A stretch of DNA of 63,695 nucleotides, filler included, from Octopus bimaculoides (taxonomy: Eukaryota): NCBI RefSeq assembly GCF_001194135.2. It is 5 parts of 5 records of this genome, joined end to end, with 100 filler letters (N's around TTAATTAATTAA, not from the genome) between each part and the next. Parts side by side here need not be neighbours in the genome. Positions count along the whole stretch, not along the records: positions 1 to 17,466 come from NC_068982.1; positions 17,567 to 20,322 come from NC_068984.1; positions 20,423 to 38,817 come from NC_068985.1; 2 more parts are not named here. One strand, written 5' to 3'. A model generated the notes under the pieces. That model did not search any database. It worked only from the letters and a program-made list of their open reading frames with translations, and was not told where the DNA came from. The translations under genes were made by a program, and so were the position numbers. Within the stretch, counting starts at the first letter, position 1; every line of letters starts with the position of its first letter. Below are positions 12,274 through 25,132 of the stretch, piece after piece.

Positions 12274-12884
12274 NNNNNNNNNNNNNNNNNNNNNNNNNNN
12301 NNNNNNNNNNNNNNNNNNNNNNNNNNNNNNNNNNNNNNNNNNNNNNNNNNNNNNNNNNNNNNNNNNNNNNNNNATGTGTGTGTGTTTGTATGTATATATA
12401 TAAGACGGGCTTCCACAGTTTGAGTCTACCAAATTAACTGACATGGCATTAGGTTACAGTCTCCTACTAGTAGGAGACTAGAGCCCAAGTTCCTGTGTTT
12501 TGGAACTTAACCCGAAACTATGTAACTGCAAATCAAGCTTCTTAACCACACAGAATACCTGCGCATAATGCATATGTACACATACAGTGTAGTATAATAA
12601 AAACTGGTACAAATGCATAGACAATTGTAAAACATAAACAGGTTTAGTAAGTGTTTCTGTTTAAGATCCTTGTGAATGACAAGAGAGATTTATTCAATCG
12701 AGCTGCATTCAAAAAGTTTAATGCTTAAAATTCGTAATTGTTACACGTTATCTCTATAGAAAAATAAATTTGTTATGCCTCTGAATTATTTCGTGTGAAA
12801 AGAAAATAACACAAATACCAAATCTACATGTAGTCGATCCGAGAACGACTACCGGCCGATGCAGGCTTTAGCTTAAATGCTCAC

Positions 12885-13042
12885 CCGTCGCTGTGTTAAG
12901 AAGTATGCTTCCCAACCACATGGTTCAGGATTCAGTCCCTCTACGCTGAACAGTGGGCAAATTTCTTGGGATATAGCCTCGAGCCGATCAAAAGCCTTGT
13001 GAGTGGATTTGATAACGGAAACTAAAAAAAAAACCGTCGTTT

Positions 13043-13045
<3 letters not shown>
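12885..13045 (+). mobile_element. Diverged SINE family A, 5' half
   Basis: Homology to family A head and body. Confidence 0.7.
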
Positions 13046-13088
<43 letters not shown>

Positions 13089-13644
13089 NNNNNNNNNNNN
13101 NNNNNNNNNNNNNNNNNNNNNNNNNNNNNNNNNNNNNNNNNNNNNNNNNNNNNNNNNNNNNNNNNNNNNNNNNNNNNNNNNNNNNNNNNNNNNNNNNNNN
13201 NNNNNNNNNNNNNNNNNNNNNNNNNNNNNNNNNNNNNNNNNNNNNNNNNNNNNNNNNNNNNNNNNNNNNNNNNNNNNNNNNNNNNNNNNNNNNNNNNNNN
13301 NNNNNNNNNNNNNNNNNNNNNNNNNNNNNNNNNNNNNNNNNNNNNNNNNNNNNNNNNNNNNNNNNNNNNNNNNNNNNNNNNNNNNNNNNNNNNNNNNNNN
13401 NNNNNNNNNNNNNNNNNNNNNNNNNNNNNNNNNNNNNNNNNNNNNNNNNNNNNNNNNNNNNNNNNNNNNNNNNNNNNNNNNNNNNNNNNNNNNNNNNNNN
13501 NNNNNNNNNNNNNNNNNNNNNNNNNNNNNNNNNNNNNNNNNNNNNNNNNNNNNNNNNNNNNNNNNNNNNNNNNNNNNNNNNNNNNNNNNNNNNNNNNNNN
13601 NNNNNNNNNNNNNNNNNNNNNNNNNNNNNNNNNNTATATATATA

Positions 13645-13779
13645 TATGTATGTATACATGTATATATATTCTTTGTATTATTATATATATATATGTATGT
13701 ATACATGTATATATATTCTTTGTATTATTATATATATATATGTATGTATACATGTATATATATTCTTTGTATTATTATA

Positions 13780-13790
<11 letters not shown>
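13645..13790. repeat. Minisatellite, about 3 copies of a roughly 46-bp unit built from microsatellite DNA
   Basis: atgtatgtatacatgtatatatattctttgtattattatatatat repeated in tandem. Confidence 0.8.
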
Positions 13791-13815
<25 letters not shown>

Positions 13816-13967
13816 TGTATGTATGTATGTATGTATATGTGTGTAAATACATACAGTGTACATTTAAACATATAAGAGAGACGTCCATAATAGGACATCT
13901 AACCCGCTAGAAAGTGGAGTCAAAACTCCAAACCACAATTAGGGATAATTTCGAAAGGGTGTGTGTG

Positions 13968-14007
<40 letters not shown>

Positions 14008-14194
14008 CAATTGAAATAAACGAATGAAAAACGAAAAAAAACAAAAAAAAAAACGAACGTGAGGACATGCACAAGAAGTTTATTAGCTTGACGGTCGGTG
14101 AGCACGTGGAAAGGAGAAAGGGAAAAGTCCAAAGAAGGAGAAGAGGAAGAAACTGCCAACGGCACACGTGTATGTCTATGTATGTCCTCCATTA

Positions 14195-15006
14195 CTGCTT
14201 GACAACCGGTGTTGGTGTGTTTATGTCCCCAAAACCAAGTGGTTCGGTAAAAGAAATCGATAGATTTAGTAACAGGCTTTTAAAGAAAAAATAAGTACTA
14301 GGATCTATTCGTTCGAATGAAAAATCCTTCAAGGCTGTGACCAAGCATGGCTGAGTCTAATGAGTGAAACAAGTAAAAGATAAAAAATAGGATATGTCAA
14401 ACAATTGGTAACTTATTGTTAACAAATTTATAGTGTGGCGAATCAAAATGCTAGCTAAAAATGAACGGGTAGTGGGGGTGGGGGAAATTATATTAGGAAA
14501 TAACTAATATTATTTGTATTTACTATGAGCATGCTTCACATTTATTTTAACGTCATCGGCGTAGCATAGTCTTCGTGCTTGCTGAAGTACTTAATGAAAG
14601 TATCTCTCTTCTACTTCTACTTGTTTCAGTCATTTGACTGCGGCCAGGCTGGAGCACCGCCTTTAGTCGTGCAAATCGACCCCAGGACTTATTTTTGTAA
14701 GCCTAGTACTTATTCTATCGGTCTCTTTTTGCCGAACCGCTAAGTTACGGGGACGTAAGCACACCAGCATCGGTTGTTAAGCGATGGTGGGGGGACAAAC
14801 TCAGACACACAAACACACATACATATGTATATATATATATACGACGTGCTTCTTTCAGTTTCCGTCGACTAAACCCACTCACAAGACTTTGGTCGGCCCC
14901 AGGCTACAATAGAAGACACTTACCTAAGGTGCCACGCAGTGGGAGTGAACCCGGAACCATGTGGTTGATAAACGAGCTACTTACCACACAGCCACTCCTG
15001 CGCCTA
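14195..15006. mobile_element. SINE family A pair: 3' half (+) 14195-14385 and full copy (-) 14610-15006
   Basis: Homology to family A; tails face each other. Confidence 0.85.
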
Positions 15007-15094
15007 TTTTCAAAAAATATTTGCTTACACACACATAAGCAAGCATAAATATATCGAGACAGTGAGAGAAAAAAACAGGTAGAACATATAGCGG

Positions 15095-15212
15095 CATTTG
15101 CCTTTCATTCTTTCGGGATCGATAAATTAAGTACCAGTTGCGAACTAGAGTCGATCTAATCGACAGGCCCCTCCCCAAAAATTTCGGGCCTTGTGCCTAG
15201 AGTAGAAAAGAC
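15095..15212 (+). mobile_element. SINE family B, 3' part
   Basis: gcctttcattctttcgggatcgataaattaagtaccag...ccttgtgcctagagtagaaaag. Confidence 0.8.
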
Positions 15213-15522
15213 TCAGAGAGAGAGGGGGGGGGTGAAAGAGAGAGAGAGAGAGAGAGAAAAGGAATGCAAGGACAGACGGAAAGAGGCTGCTGAGGATGAT
15301 TCGAGCTTGATAACTTTCCGTTACATCAGTTTTAAATATTAAAATTAAATACTTGCTGGCTTATAAAATACGCGATAAACTTAAATGTAGTTATTTTCCC
15401 ACGGTAATTACTTCTAATCAACATCCTATCTTGTTGGTGCATTAAGAGAAGATATATAAAAAGATTAACAAACTTAGATAAACTAATTTAAATTAATAAA
15501 AAATTAATATAGCCTTACCTAT

Positions 15523-15562
<40 letters not shown>

Positions 15563-15637
15563 GTATGTATATATAGTTATGTATGCATATATATGGATAT
15601 ATATGTATGTATATGTATGCGTATCTCTCTATCTCTT

Positions 15638-15669
<32 letters not shown>

Positions 15670-15676
15670 TCTTTCT

Positions 15677-15709
<33 letters not shown>

Positions 15710-16033
15710 CTTACATTTACAGACGTACACACGCCGATTGAGACACACATAAATATACACATGCATACATACATATGCACACATATTTTTCTATGTGTTA
15801 ATACAGGCGAGCAAATATCCACTTAGAGTGTATGGGTGATGTGATGTGATGTAGTAGTGGTGGTGGTAGTGGTAGTGTCTGTGTGTGTGTGTGTGAGAGA
15901 GTATGTGTGCGTGTGTGTGTGTTGATAGAGAGAGGCGGTGACTGGGCAGGGAGGGACAATTAAGGGTACACACAGTGTGAATGGCAGAAAAGTGAAGTGC
16001 TCAATACTACTACCTAGAGTGCAATAATATTCG

Positions 16034-16083
<50 letters not shown>

Positions 16084-17466
16084 TGAGCAGACAAATGAAA
16101 GAAAAGGGTACCCAACACATCTAGTAGGAGTTTCATGTATCTTTAGATTTTTAGNNNNNNNNNNNNNNNNNNNNNNNNNNNNNNNNNNNNNNNNNNNNNN
16201 NNNNNNNNNNNNNNNNNNNNNNNNNNNNNNNNNNNNNNNNNNNNNNNNNNNNNNNNNNNNNNNNNNNNNNNNNNNNNNNNNNNNNNNNNNNNNNNNNNNN
16301 NNNNNNNNNNNNNNNNNNNNNNNNNNNNNNNNNNNNNNNNNNNNNNNNNNNNNNNNNNNNNNNNNNNNNNNNNNNNNNNNNNNNNNNNNNNNNNNNNNNN
16401 NNNNNNNNNNNNNNNNNNNNNNNNNNNNNNNNNNNNNNNNNNNNNNNNNNNNNNNNNNNNNNNNNNNNNNNNNNNNNNNNNNNNNNNNNNNNNNNNNNNN
16501 NNNNNNNNNNNNNNNNNNNNNNNNNNNNNNNNNNNNNNNNNNNNNNNNNNNNNNNNNNNNNNNNNNNNNNNNNNNNNNNNNNNNNNNNNNNNNNNNNNNN
16601 NNNNNNNNNNNNNNNNNNNNNNNNNNNNNNNNNNNNNNNNNNNNNNNNNNNNNNNNNNNNNNNNNNNNNNNNNNNNNNNNNNNNNNNNNNNNNNNNNNNN
16701 NNNNNNNNNNNNNNNNNNNNNNNNNNNNNNNNNNNNNNNNNNNNNNNNNNNNNNNNNNNNNNNNNNNNNNNNNNNNNNNNNNNNNNNNNNNNNNNNNNNN
16801 NNNNNNNNNNNNNNNNNNNNNNNNNNNNAGTATGACTTTATATGTATGAGCCGAGGAACTCTAACCACTAAGGCACGTGCCTAGGCATAAAAAAACATTA
16901 ATTCACTCGTATTTCTGATATTCAAATGGCGGTTGTAAGGCAGGAAACTGACAAAGGAATTAGTTTGTGGGGGTAGAACTGACTCTGGTGTTTGTTCCGA
17001 CTCTATTCGTTTTGATTTCAAATCTTGCCGATGTCGAATTTGTTTAACATCCTTTCGGTATCGATAAAAAAAAAGAATCAATCCCAAAACAGTAGATTAC
17101 TGGAATTACTAGAGAGCTGTGCAAGATGATTTGTGATATCTGATCTTGGTGATTTCGTCCTGTCAGCAACGTTTGCAGCGATACTGGTGAGAAGATATGT
17201 TCGGCTCAAGCTGGTGGCCTTTCTCTCTTGAAATTTCGGTTGTAAATCAACTATACGTTTCTCTGGATATGATTATACTAAACCAAGTAAACCAATGATA
17301 TGCGAATCATTAAAATACAAAACTGACTGACACTGTACTCAAATTATCACTGAACACACACGCGCATACATACGCACACAGACGCACACATACATATGTG
17401 TGTGTATGTGTATGTCTGCCTATCTGTGTCTGTGTATGTAGGTATGCACATATATATATATATATA

Positions 17467-17566
17467 NNNNNNNNNNNNNNNNNNNNNNNNNNNNNNNNNN
17501 NNNNNNNNNNTTAATTAATTAANNNNNNNNNNNNNNNNNNNNNNNNNNNNNNNNNNNNNNNNNNNN
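17467..17566. other. Artificial scaffold-join spacer N44-TTAATTAATTAA-N44 (also 20323-20422, 38818-38917, 60521-60620)
   Basis: Identical 100-bp layout four times; 12-mer has stops in all frames. Confidence 0.97.
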
Positions 17567-17599
<33 letters not shown>

Positions 17600-18039
17600 A
17601 TGGTTTAATCAAAGTGGGGAGGATAACGTCTATTAACCCTTTTCAAGTCACATGAAAGAATAGCTCGAAGTTATCTTTTACGAGGAAGAGCTGGTCCAAA
17701 TGCTTCTAACAGAACGTGTCGATGAAGGGAAGTTCACTGTTATTAGATGATCAACAACTCCAACAGCATCCAAAAGTATCCAGTGATGAATGGAACCATA
17801 AGCTTGGCATGAAAATATAAGCCTTGATGAGTGAATTGCCAAACATATTACGTAATCTTAAGGATGACGTGCATGCGGCATATGATACTGTACTATGCTA
17901 CGTCACAATAAAATCTCTTAACAAAAGAATTGTAGCAATACCAGATAACTCGTGTGTGTGTGTGTGCGCGTACGCGCGCTCTGTGTCTGTGTGTACATAG
18001 ATACATACATACTTACAATGTTTCAATTGGGTTTTTTCG

Positions 18040-18335
18040 AATAACTGACTGGGCGAAATTTGAACTCAAAATGCACTGAACCGGAGCAGATATTGCAGGG
18101 TATCTCAGTCAACGCTCTAAGAATTCCGCCAGTCCATCGAAATTATGAAAAGCAAAGTGTATCTTGGGTATTGGATTTGCAAACTCCTTATCAATGATCC
18201 ATAAGATGTCCTGTTTTTCTTGTATTTTTCTAACCACATTGGTGACCAGAGGGTAGCTGTTGGATCTTTTCTGTTTGGTTGCCAGCGGTTCCAAAAATTA
18301 AAGTTTACCGAAAATTTTTTAATTTGGCTCAATAA
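18040..18335 (-). mobile_element. Degenerate RLE non-LTR retrotransposon C-terminal fragment
   Basis: SYGSLIRSLQIQYPRYTL aligns with YAELLRNLQLFYPDYKF at 37.3 kb and shares DNA with 63543-63575. Confidence 0.6.
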
Positions 18336-19073
18336 TAGACTTGCTCAAACTGAATTGCTGGAGTCATTTCATTTTTTCCAGAAAAATGTTTAAAAAAAAA
18401 GTTATNNNNNNNNNNNNNNNNNNNNNNNNNNNNNNNNNNNNNNNNNNNNNNNNNNNNNNNNNNNNNNNNNNNNNNNNNNNNNNNNNNNNNNNNNNNNNNN
18501 NNNNNNNNNNNNNNNNNNNNNNNNNNNNNNNNNNNNNNNNNNNNNNNNNNNNNNNNNNNNNNNNNNNNNNNNNNNNNNNNNNNNNNNNNNNNNNNNNNNN
18601 NNNNNNNNNNNNNNNNNNNNNNNNNNNNNNNNNNNNNNNNNNNNNNNNNNNNNNNNNNNNNNNNNNNNNNNNNNNNNNNNNNNNNNNNNNNNNNNNNNNN
18701 NNNNNNNNNNNNNNNNNNNNNNNNNNNNNNNNNNNNNNNNNNNNNNNNNNNNNNNNNNNNNNNNNNNNNNNNNNNNNNNNNNNNNNNNNNNNNNNNNNNN
18801 NNNNNNNNNNNNNNNNNNNNNNNNNNNNNNNNNNNNNNNNNNNNNNNNNNNNNNNNNNNNNNNNNNNNNNNNNNNNNNNNNNNNNNNNNNNNNNNNNNNN
18901 NNNNNNNNNNNNNNNNNNNNNNNNNNNNNNNNNNNNNNNNNNNNNNNNNNNNNNNNNNNNNNNNNNNNNNNNNNNNNNNNNNNNNNNNNNNNNNNNNNNN
19001 NNNNNNNNNNNNNNNNNNNNNNNNNNNNNNNNNNNNNNNNNNNNNNNNNNNNNNNNNNNNNNNNNNNNNNNNN

Positions 19074-19418
19074 GACGTCGAGGGTTCCAGTTGATCCGAT
19101 CAACGGAACAGCCTGCCCATGAAATTAACGTGCAAGTGGCTGAGCACTCCACAGACATGTGTACCCTTAACGTAGTTCTCGGGGATATTCAGCGTGACAC
19201 AGTGTGACAAGGCTGACCCTTTGAATTACAGGCACAACAGAAACAAGAAGAAAGAGTGAGAGAAAGTTGTGGTGAAAGAGTACAGCAAGGTTCGCCACCA
19301 TCCCCTGCCGGAGCTTCGTGGAACTTTAGGTGTTTTCGCTCAATAAACACTCACAACGAAACCGCGATCCTATGACCGCGAGTCCGCTGCCCTAACCACT
19401 GGGCCATTGTGCCTCCAC
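19074..19418 (-). mobile_element. SINE family C (tRNA head)
   Basis: Near-identical to 20690-21072; reverse-strand head tggaggcacaatggcccagtggttagggcagcgg. Confidence 0.85.
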
Positions 19419-19502
19419 CATTTGACGAATAAATGATACATAATAAAAGAAATGAAATAGAGCCAGTAGATGTGTTACTTATTGGCACATTAGTAAAGAA
19501 AA

Positions 19503-19815
19503 GGAGTGTGCTAATGGCTAGGGTATTGGGATCACGACCGTAGGGTCATGAGTTCGACTCCCGGCGGCACGCTGTGTCCCTGAGCAAGACACTTTATTTC
19601 TCACTGATCCAGTCTTCTCAGCTGGCAAAAAGGAGTTGTACCTGTAATTCTAAGGGTCAGCCTTGTGACATTCTGTGTCACGTTGAATCTCCTTAACTAT
19701 GTTGAGGGCATCCGTGTCTTTGGAGCGCTCAGCCACTTGCACCGTTAATTTCATAAGCAGGCTGTTCGGTCGATCGCATCAATTGGAACACCTGTCGTCG
19801 TAACCGACGGAGTGC
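19503..19815 (+). mobile_element. Family C-related SINE with CORE-like box, head-to-head with 19074-19418
   Basis: B box gagttcgactccc, tgtgtccctgagcaagacacttta, body shared with family C. Confidence 0.75.
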
Positions 19816-20613
19816 CAGGCTTATTGGCATATCAATACCCTTCTGATATACAGTAGAGTATGTGTCAACACACGAGTTCACATTAAGAGTCTTTCAAGCA
19901 AAATACAAAAACGAAATATTTTTGAATTTAACTCTTAAAAATGCCATTAAAGAACTGTAATTCCTTTCATGTGACTGTAGAACCGCTCAAGTCATTAGTT
20001 ACCTGCTATTTTATTCATTTTAGACTCCCCTTGCTTTTTGTCTGATGGTCAGAAACAAAACAATGAATGAGCAAGATTGCGTAAACAAAACATGAAAGAT
20101 TTGATATACGCACGAAATAATAATGAAATTGTTTTGTCACTCACCGCATTTTTGTCCCTAATTTAGGCTTTTAAAGCTCCAGGTATTAAATATGTCGACA
20201 TCTACTGATCTACTCAAAGATAGCGTCAATTGCTTTTTAAAAATATTTTCTTTACAAGACGCTATTAAATATTTGTAATAATAGCTGCAAATTCCCGCTG
20301 ATACTTTTAAACGTGCGAGTGANNNNNNNNNNNNNNNNNNNNNNNNNNNNNNNNNNNNNNNNNNNNTTAATTAATTAANNNNNNNNNNNNNNNNNNNNNN
20401 NNNNNNNNNNNNNNNNNNNNNNTATATATAAACAGAAATTAAATATATATACACCAGCACATGGTTTAAGCTCTCTCTCTTTTTCTGTACACACACACAC
20501 ATGAATCTATCTATCTATCTATCTATCTATCTATATATATATATATATACACACACACATTCACAAATATAAATATATACCAGCGCATAGTTTAAGTTAT
20601 CTCGCAAGTTTTT

Positions 20614-20652
<39 letters not shown>

Positions 20653-20689
20653 AACAAATGCAGACACACACACGTGAGTACACATATGT

Positions 20690-21072
20690 CGTGGAACTCC
20701 GTTGGTTATGACAACGAGGGTTCCAGTTGATCCGATCAACGGAACAGCCTGCTCCTGAAATTAACGTGCAAATGGCTGAGCACTCCACAGACACGTGTAC
20801 CCTTAACGTAATCCTCGGGGAGATTCAGCGTGACACAGAGTGTGACAAGGCTGGCCCTTTGAAATACAGGTACAGCAGAAACAGGAAGAAAGAATGAGAG
20901 ACTGTTGTGGTGAAAAAGTACAGCAGGGTTCGCCACCACCCCCTGCCAGAGTCACGTGAATTTTGGGGTGTTTTCACTCAATAAACACTCACAACGTCTG
21001 GTCTGAGAAACGAAACCGCGATCCTACGACTACGAGTCCGCTGCCCTAACCGCTTGGCCATTGTGCTTCCAC
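20690..21072 (-). mobile_element. SINE family C
   Basis: Homology to 19074-19418; further copies at 25690-25985 and 31215-31375. Confidence 0.85.
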
Positions 21073-21523
21073 CCACATATGTATATATAATCTGACGATG
21101 GCGATTATGTTTCTCTTCCTACATTTTTCAACTTGTTAAAAAAGCTTACATTAATATACAAATGAATCAACGACACGAAATTGCACAACAAAGCTAAGTT
21201 ATAAATCCTTATGTTAATGTGAAAAAACCGTTTGTGAAATTTTATTATATAAAAGCTTTCTACTGAAATAATTCTAAATGAGGACTTTTAAAAGGGAAGT
21301 AAACGCTGATTATTGCATGGTATGTATATTAATTATTGTGTAAGGGAATTAATTCACATGATCACAAGTCAGTTAATGAAATTTAAACTTCCTTTAATGT
21401 TTAGTTTACAGAATAAGCGTACGTCATAGGAATAAATATTTAGAATACCATATTAAAAAATTCGAAATTGCATTCATGAGAATAATTGTATATTAGAAAG
21501 AATGATGTGTATCAAAAGATGCG

Positions 21524-21888
21524 ATTACCTTCGCCTTAGCGAAGGCGGAGGTATTGTTTTTAATCGTGTTTGTTTGTTCGTGGACAAGATATCTCAAGAA
21601 CCTCTGAATGGATTCGCATGAAACTTTAAGGGATGTTAGGCCTCGTGACTGACACGAACTGATTAGATTTTAGGGTCGATCCGGTACCGGAGAATGATTC
21701 TGGATTATTTTTCCGATTTTTTCAAACTTAATTTTTGAGCTCGGTCGGGTTCATTTTTAGTATTCTCGTTTGTGAGAGCAGTCGAGTTTATTTCAGATAT
21801 TCTCATTTTAAAAATCATCTCTGGCTAATCGTCGAGAGGACATTGGTGTTGCCTTGGTGGACGTTTGCACTCTATCGGTGCTCTTGTT
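21524..21888 (+). mobile_element. Non-autonomous Helentron/Helitron-type element (DINE-1/HINE/pearl-like layout)
   Basis: 5' hairpin taccttcgcc..ggcggaggta, short gttt repeats, partial subterminal IR gccttggtgga, 3' hairpin gcac-tctatcg-gtgc then tcttgtt. Confidence 0.6.
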
Positions 21889-22002
21889 ATTGTTAAATTC
21901 GTTTTTGTTATCGCCGAAAGAATGTCTAGGATAGTATTTATTGACGTGAGTCAAAGTATGAGTTATAGTATGCAAAATTCAAGAATTAAGGTGTAATTTC
22001 CA

Positions 22003-22153
22003 GCCACATGGTCCCGGGTTCAGTCCCACTGCGTGGCATCTTGGGCAAGTGTCTTCTACTTTGGCCTCGGGGCGACCAAAAGCTTGTGAGTGGATTTGGT
22101 AGACGGAGACTGAAAAATATACATATGTATACACACACACACGCGCGCGCACG

Positions 22154-22191
<38 letters not shown>

Positions 22192-22435
22192 AACACATAC
22201 ACGCATACGTATATATATATTTTTTATTCTTTTCTTTTACTTGTTTCAGTCATTCGACTGCGGCCATGCTGGAGCACCACCTTTAGTCGATCAAATCGAC
22301 CCCAGAACTTATTCTTTGTAAGCCTAGTACTTATACTATCGTTCTGTTTTGCCGAACCGCTACGTTTCGGAGAGGCAAGCACATCAACATTGGTTGTCAA
22401 GCGATGATGGAGGGATAAAGACAGACACACAGACA
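22003..22435. mobile_element. SINE family A pieces: 5' part (+) 22003-22115 and 3' half (-) 22230-22435
   Basis: Homology to family A. Confidence 0.8.
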
Positions 22436-22793
22436 CACACACAAACACACACACACACACACACTCACACACAAACACACACGCAAACACATTTACGTAT
22501 ATATNNNNNNNNNNNNNNNNNNNNNNNNNNNNNNNNNNNNNNNNNNNNNNNNNNNNNNNNNNNNNNNNNNNNNNNNNNNNNNNNNNNNNNNNNNNNNNNN
22601 NNNNNNNNNNNNNNNNNNNNNNNNNNNNNNNNNNNNNNNNNNNNNNNNNNNNNNNNNNNNNNNNNNNNNNNNNNNNNNNNNNNNNNNNNNNNNNNNNNNN
22701 NNNNNNNNNNNNNNNNNNNNNNNNNNNNNNNNNNNNNNNNNNNNNNNNNNNNNNNNNNNNNNNNNNNNNNNNNNNNNNNNNNNNNNNNNNNNN

Positions 22794-23047
22794 TGTGTTC
22801 TTGAGCAAGACACTTTATTTCACGTTGCTCCATTTCACTCAGCTGTGGAAATGAGTTGCGACGTCACAGGTGCCAAGCTGTATCGGCCCCTTTGCCTTTT
22901 CCTTGGATAATACTGGTGGCGTGGAGAGGGGAGGCCAGTATGCATGGCCGACTGCTGGTCTTCCATAAACAACCTTGCCCGGACTTGCGCCTGAGAAGGT
23001 AACTTTCTAGGTGCAATCCCATGGTCAGTCATGACCGAAGGGGGTCT
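22794..23047 (+). mobile_element. SINE family D (CORE-like box, GC-rich body); also 57095-57436 (+) and 30378-30466 (-)
   Basis: tgtgttcttgagcaagacacttta...ccataaacaaccttgcccggacttg...catgaccgaagggggtc shared among copies; tRNA head seen in the 57095 copy. Confidence 0.8.
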
Positions 23048-23049
23048 CA

Positions 23050-23080
<31 letters not shown>

Positions 23081-23139
23081 NNNNNNNNNNTGAAACTGAT
23101 AGTAACAACGTTAAGACAGATAAGAATAATAGGTATATG

Positions 23140-23346
23140 AATAAACTTAATGGAAATAAGGAAGATAAACCCAGGAATATCCATAAACGTAACATAGGTA
23201 ATTTAAGATTTTTTAAGAATTATACTAGCGACTGTGATAATACTAAAGATGATAATGTTTGGTTCATAATCCCTTTTGGTAGGAATGTTAAATCTAACTT
23301 GATTGCACAGTTTAGAGAAGTGATAAGCAGATATTTCCCAAAGAAT
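23140..23346 (+). mobile_element. Penelope-like element ORF fragment (linker between RT and GIY-YIG)
   Basis: VWFIIPFGRNVKSNLIAQFREVISRYFPKN resembles the IWFNPPFSxNVKTNxxxxFLxLIxxHFP motif of PLE proteins. Confidence 0.6.
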
Positions 23347-23567
23347 GGGCAATACTCCAAGAGAGCTGGGAAAGCTGATGTAGACATAAGAAGAATCCAT
23401 CAGTGGCAGCAGTGTGTTGGTTTGAAAACTGAAACAAGAATTTTTCTTTCAGCGGCACAAGATCAGAGTCTCCTCAACCGATCTGTCAAATTAATGTCGT
23501 ACGCAATGAGGTAGACACAAAATGTAGACTCTGCAATGACAAACTTGAGGGTATTGACCACATTGTT
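23347..23567 (+). mobile_element. R4/Dong-like RLE retrotransposon fragment up to the CCHC zinc knuckle
   Basis: GQYSKRAGKADVDIRRIHQW...GLKTETRIFLSAAQDQSL, then frameshifted DTKCRLCNDKLEGIDHIV; homologous to 40070-40260. Confidence 0.8.
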
Positions 23568-23570
23568 AAT

Positions 23571-24282
23571 CAAGATTCTAAGACTGCAAAAGCTTCTCAC
23601 GACATTTGTGCTGTGTATGGAGAAGGTGTCATAGCTGAAAGAACCGCTCATGATTAGTATACCAAGTTCAAAAATGGAAATCTTGACCTCAAAGACGCAC
23701 CTCGTTCTGGCCGTTCAGTTGAGTTTGATGACGAGCGATTAAACCAATTTTTACACGAAAACTCTGGTCAAACGACAAAGGAACTGCCAGAGAAAATGGA
23801 ATGTTCCCATACTGCTATAGAAAAGCATCTTCACTCGATGGGAAAGGTTCAGAAGTATGGAGCATGAGTTCCGCATGATTTAAGTGACAAAAACAAAAAT
23901 CAACGAGCCACAATCTCCGCTGGTTTGCTTGCTTGTCACCGCTCAACTCATGGACACATGCAACGATTTCTTTACCGAATCGTTACTGGTGACAAAAAGA
24001 ATGGTGCCTGTACATCAATATGAAGCAGCACAAGGAATGGCTTAGCCCCGGTAAACAAGCGACTCCGCGCGTTAAACAAGATCTTCATCCGCGTAAAACG
24101 AAGTTGTGCGTATGGTGGGACTGGGAAGGGATTATCCATTAAGAATTGCTTGAACGGAACCAAACGGGCAACGCGGAACTCTATGTTCAACAAATGGAAC
24201 GGCTCAATACGGCTATTCAAGAGAAAAGACCTAATCGGCAGCACGGAGTTCTGCTGCACGACAACGCCCGCCCTCATATCGC
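23571..24282 (+). mobile_element. Mariner transposase pseudogene, truncated at both ends
   Basis: Manual translation ...DLKDAPRSGR...GKVQKYGA*VPHDL...RIVTGD/KWCLY...LHPRKTKLCVWWDWEGIIH...LLHDNARPHIA; 3 stops and 1 frameshift. Confidence 0.92.
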
Positions 24283-24420
24283 GGTTCGGTCAAATTGACG
24301 GATAGAATAAGTAATAGGCTTACAAAGAATAAGTCCTGGGGTCGATTTATTCAACTAGAAAAGCGGTGCTCCAGCATGGCCGAAGTCAGATTACTGGAAA
24401 GAGTAAAAGAGTAAAGAGAT
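24281..24420 (+). mobile_element. SINE family A, 3' part joined directly to the mariner
   Basis: gcggttcgg...gatagaataagt...ccagcatggcc...gagtaaaagagta. Confidence 0.85.
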
Positions 24421-24932
24421 ATTTACCTGAAATTTATCTGAAATATAAACAAGTAATCCTCGCATGCACACAAGATCTTACACACGCGCGTGCGCACACA
24501 CACACATATACACCACACACGCACAAACACACACTAGCAGTCATATATCTCTGTTCGTGCGTGTTTATGTGTTTGCGTACACGAAGAAATGTATAAAACA
24601 AACATGGAGTTGTCAATATATAACACTTTCTTTACAATATTATTGAGACGTGTGTATCATGCCACGGAGCTAATGAGATATCTATTGAAAGAGTAATCTT
24701 AAAAACGAATTATAAATAAATTAATGACATGATATCTTCATTAGAAGTGATTATTTATTAGAAAAGAATTTATCAGAACAAAGTCACACGTATAGGCTTT
24801 TCAAAATTTATGTTATCGCTCTTTGTGTACAGACTATAAAATTTACCTGGAAAGTAAATGTTACACGTAATATTGCGACTTATTTATAGCTTCATCTATT
24901 TACTTACGTATGTACGTATGCAAGTATGTTTG

Positions 24933-24964
<32 letters not shown>

Positions 24965-24965
<1 letters not shown>

Positions 24966-25132
24966 CATTATTCAGTTTATTTCAAGATTTCTTGCCAATA
25001 AAGAACCGGTTTCTAACCTTGATCCAAGGTTCTTTCATTGGAATTTTAACACCAACAACAAGGTATGTATGTATGTATGTATGTATGTATGTATGTATGT
25101 ATGTACGTATGTATGTACGTACGTCATTATTC
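24965..25132 (-). mobile_element. Two 3' ends of the (CATA)n-associated RLE retrotransposon family (24965-25063, 25124-25132)
   Basis: About 85% identical by eye to 36711-36813; flanked by (TATG)n. Confidence 0.75.

Noticed and set aside
17511-17522. TTAATTAATTAA islands inside N runs (four times)
   Set aside because: Fixed N44-12-N44 layout shows an artificial scaffold spacer; adjacency and orientation across these joins are not sequence-verified
17640-17830. Possible Penelope RT remnant (NSELPFIDT) or exon (FYEEELVQMLLTERVDEGKF)
   Set aside because: Only one short motif; too degenerate to support
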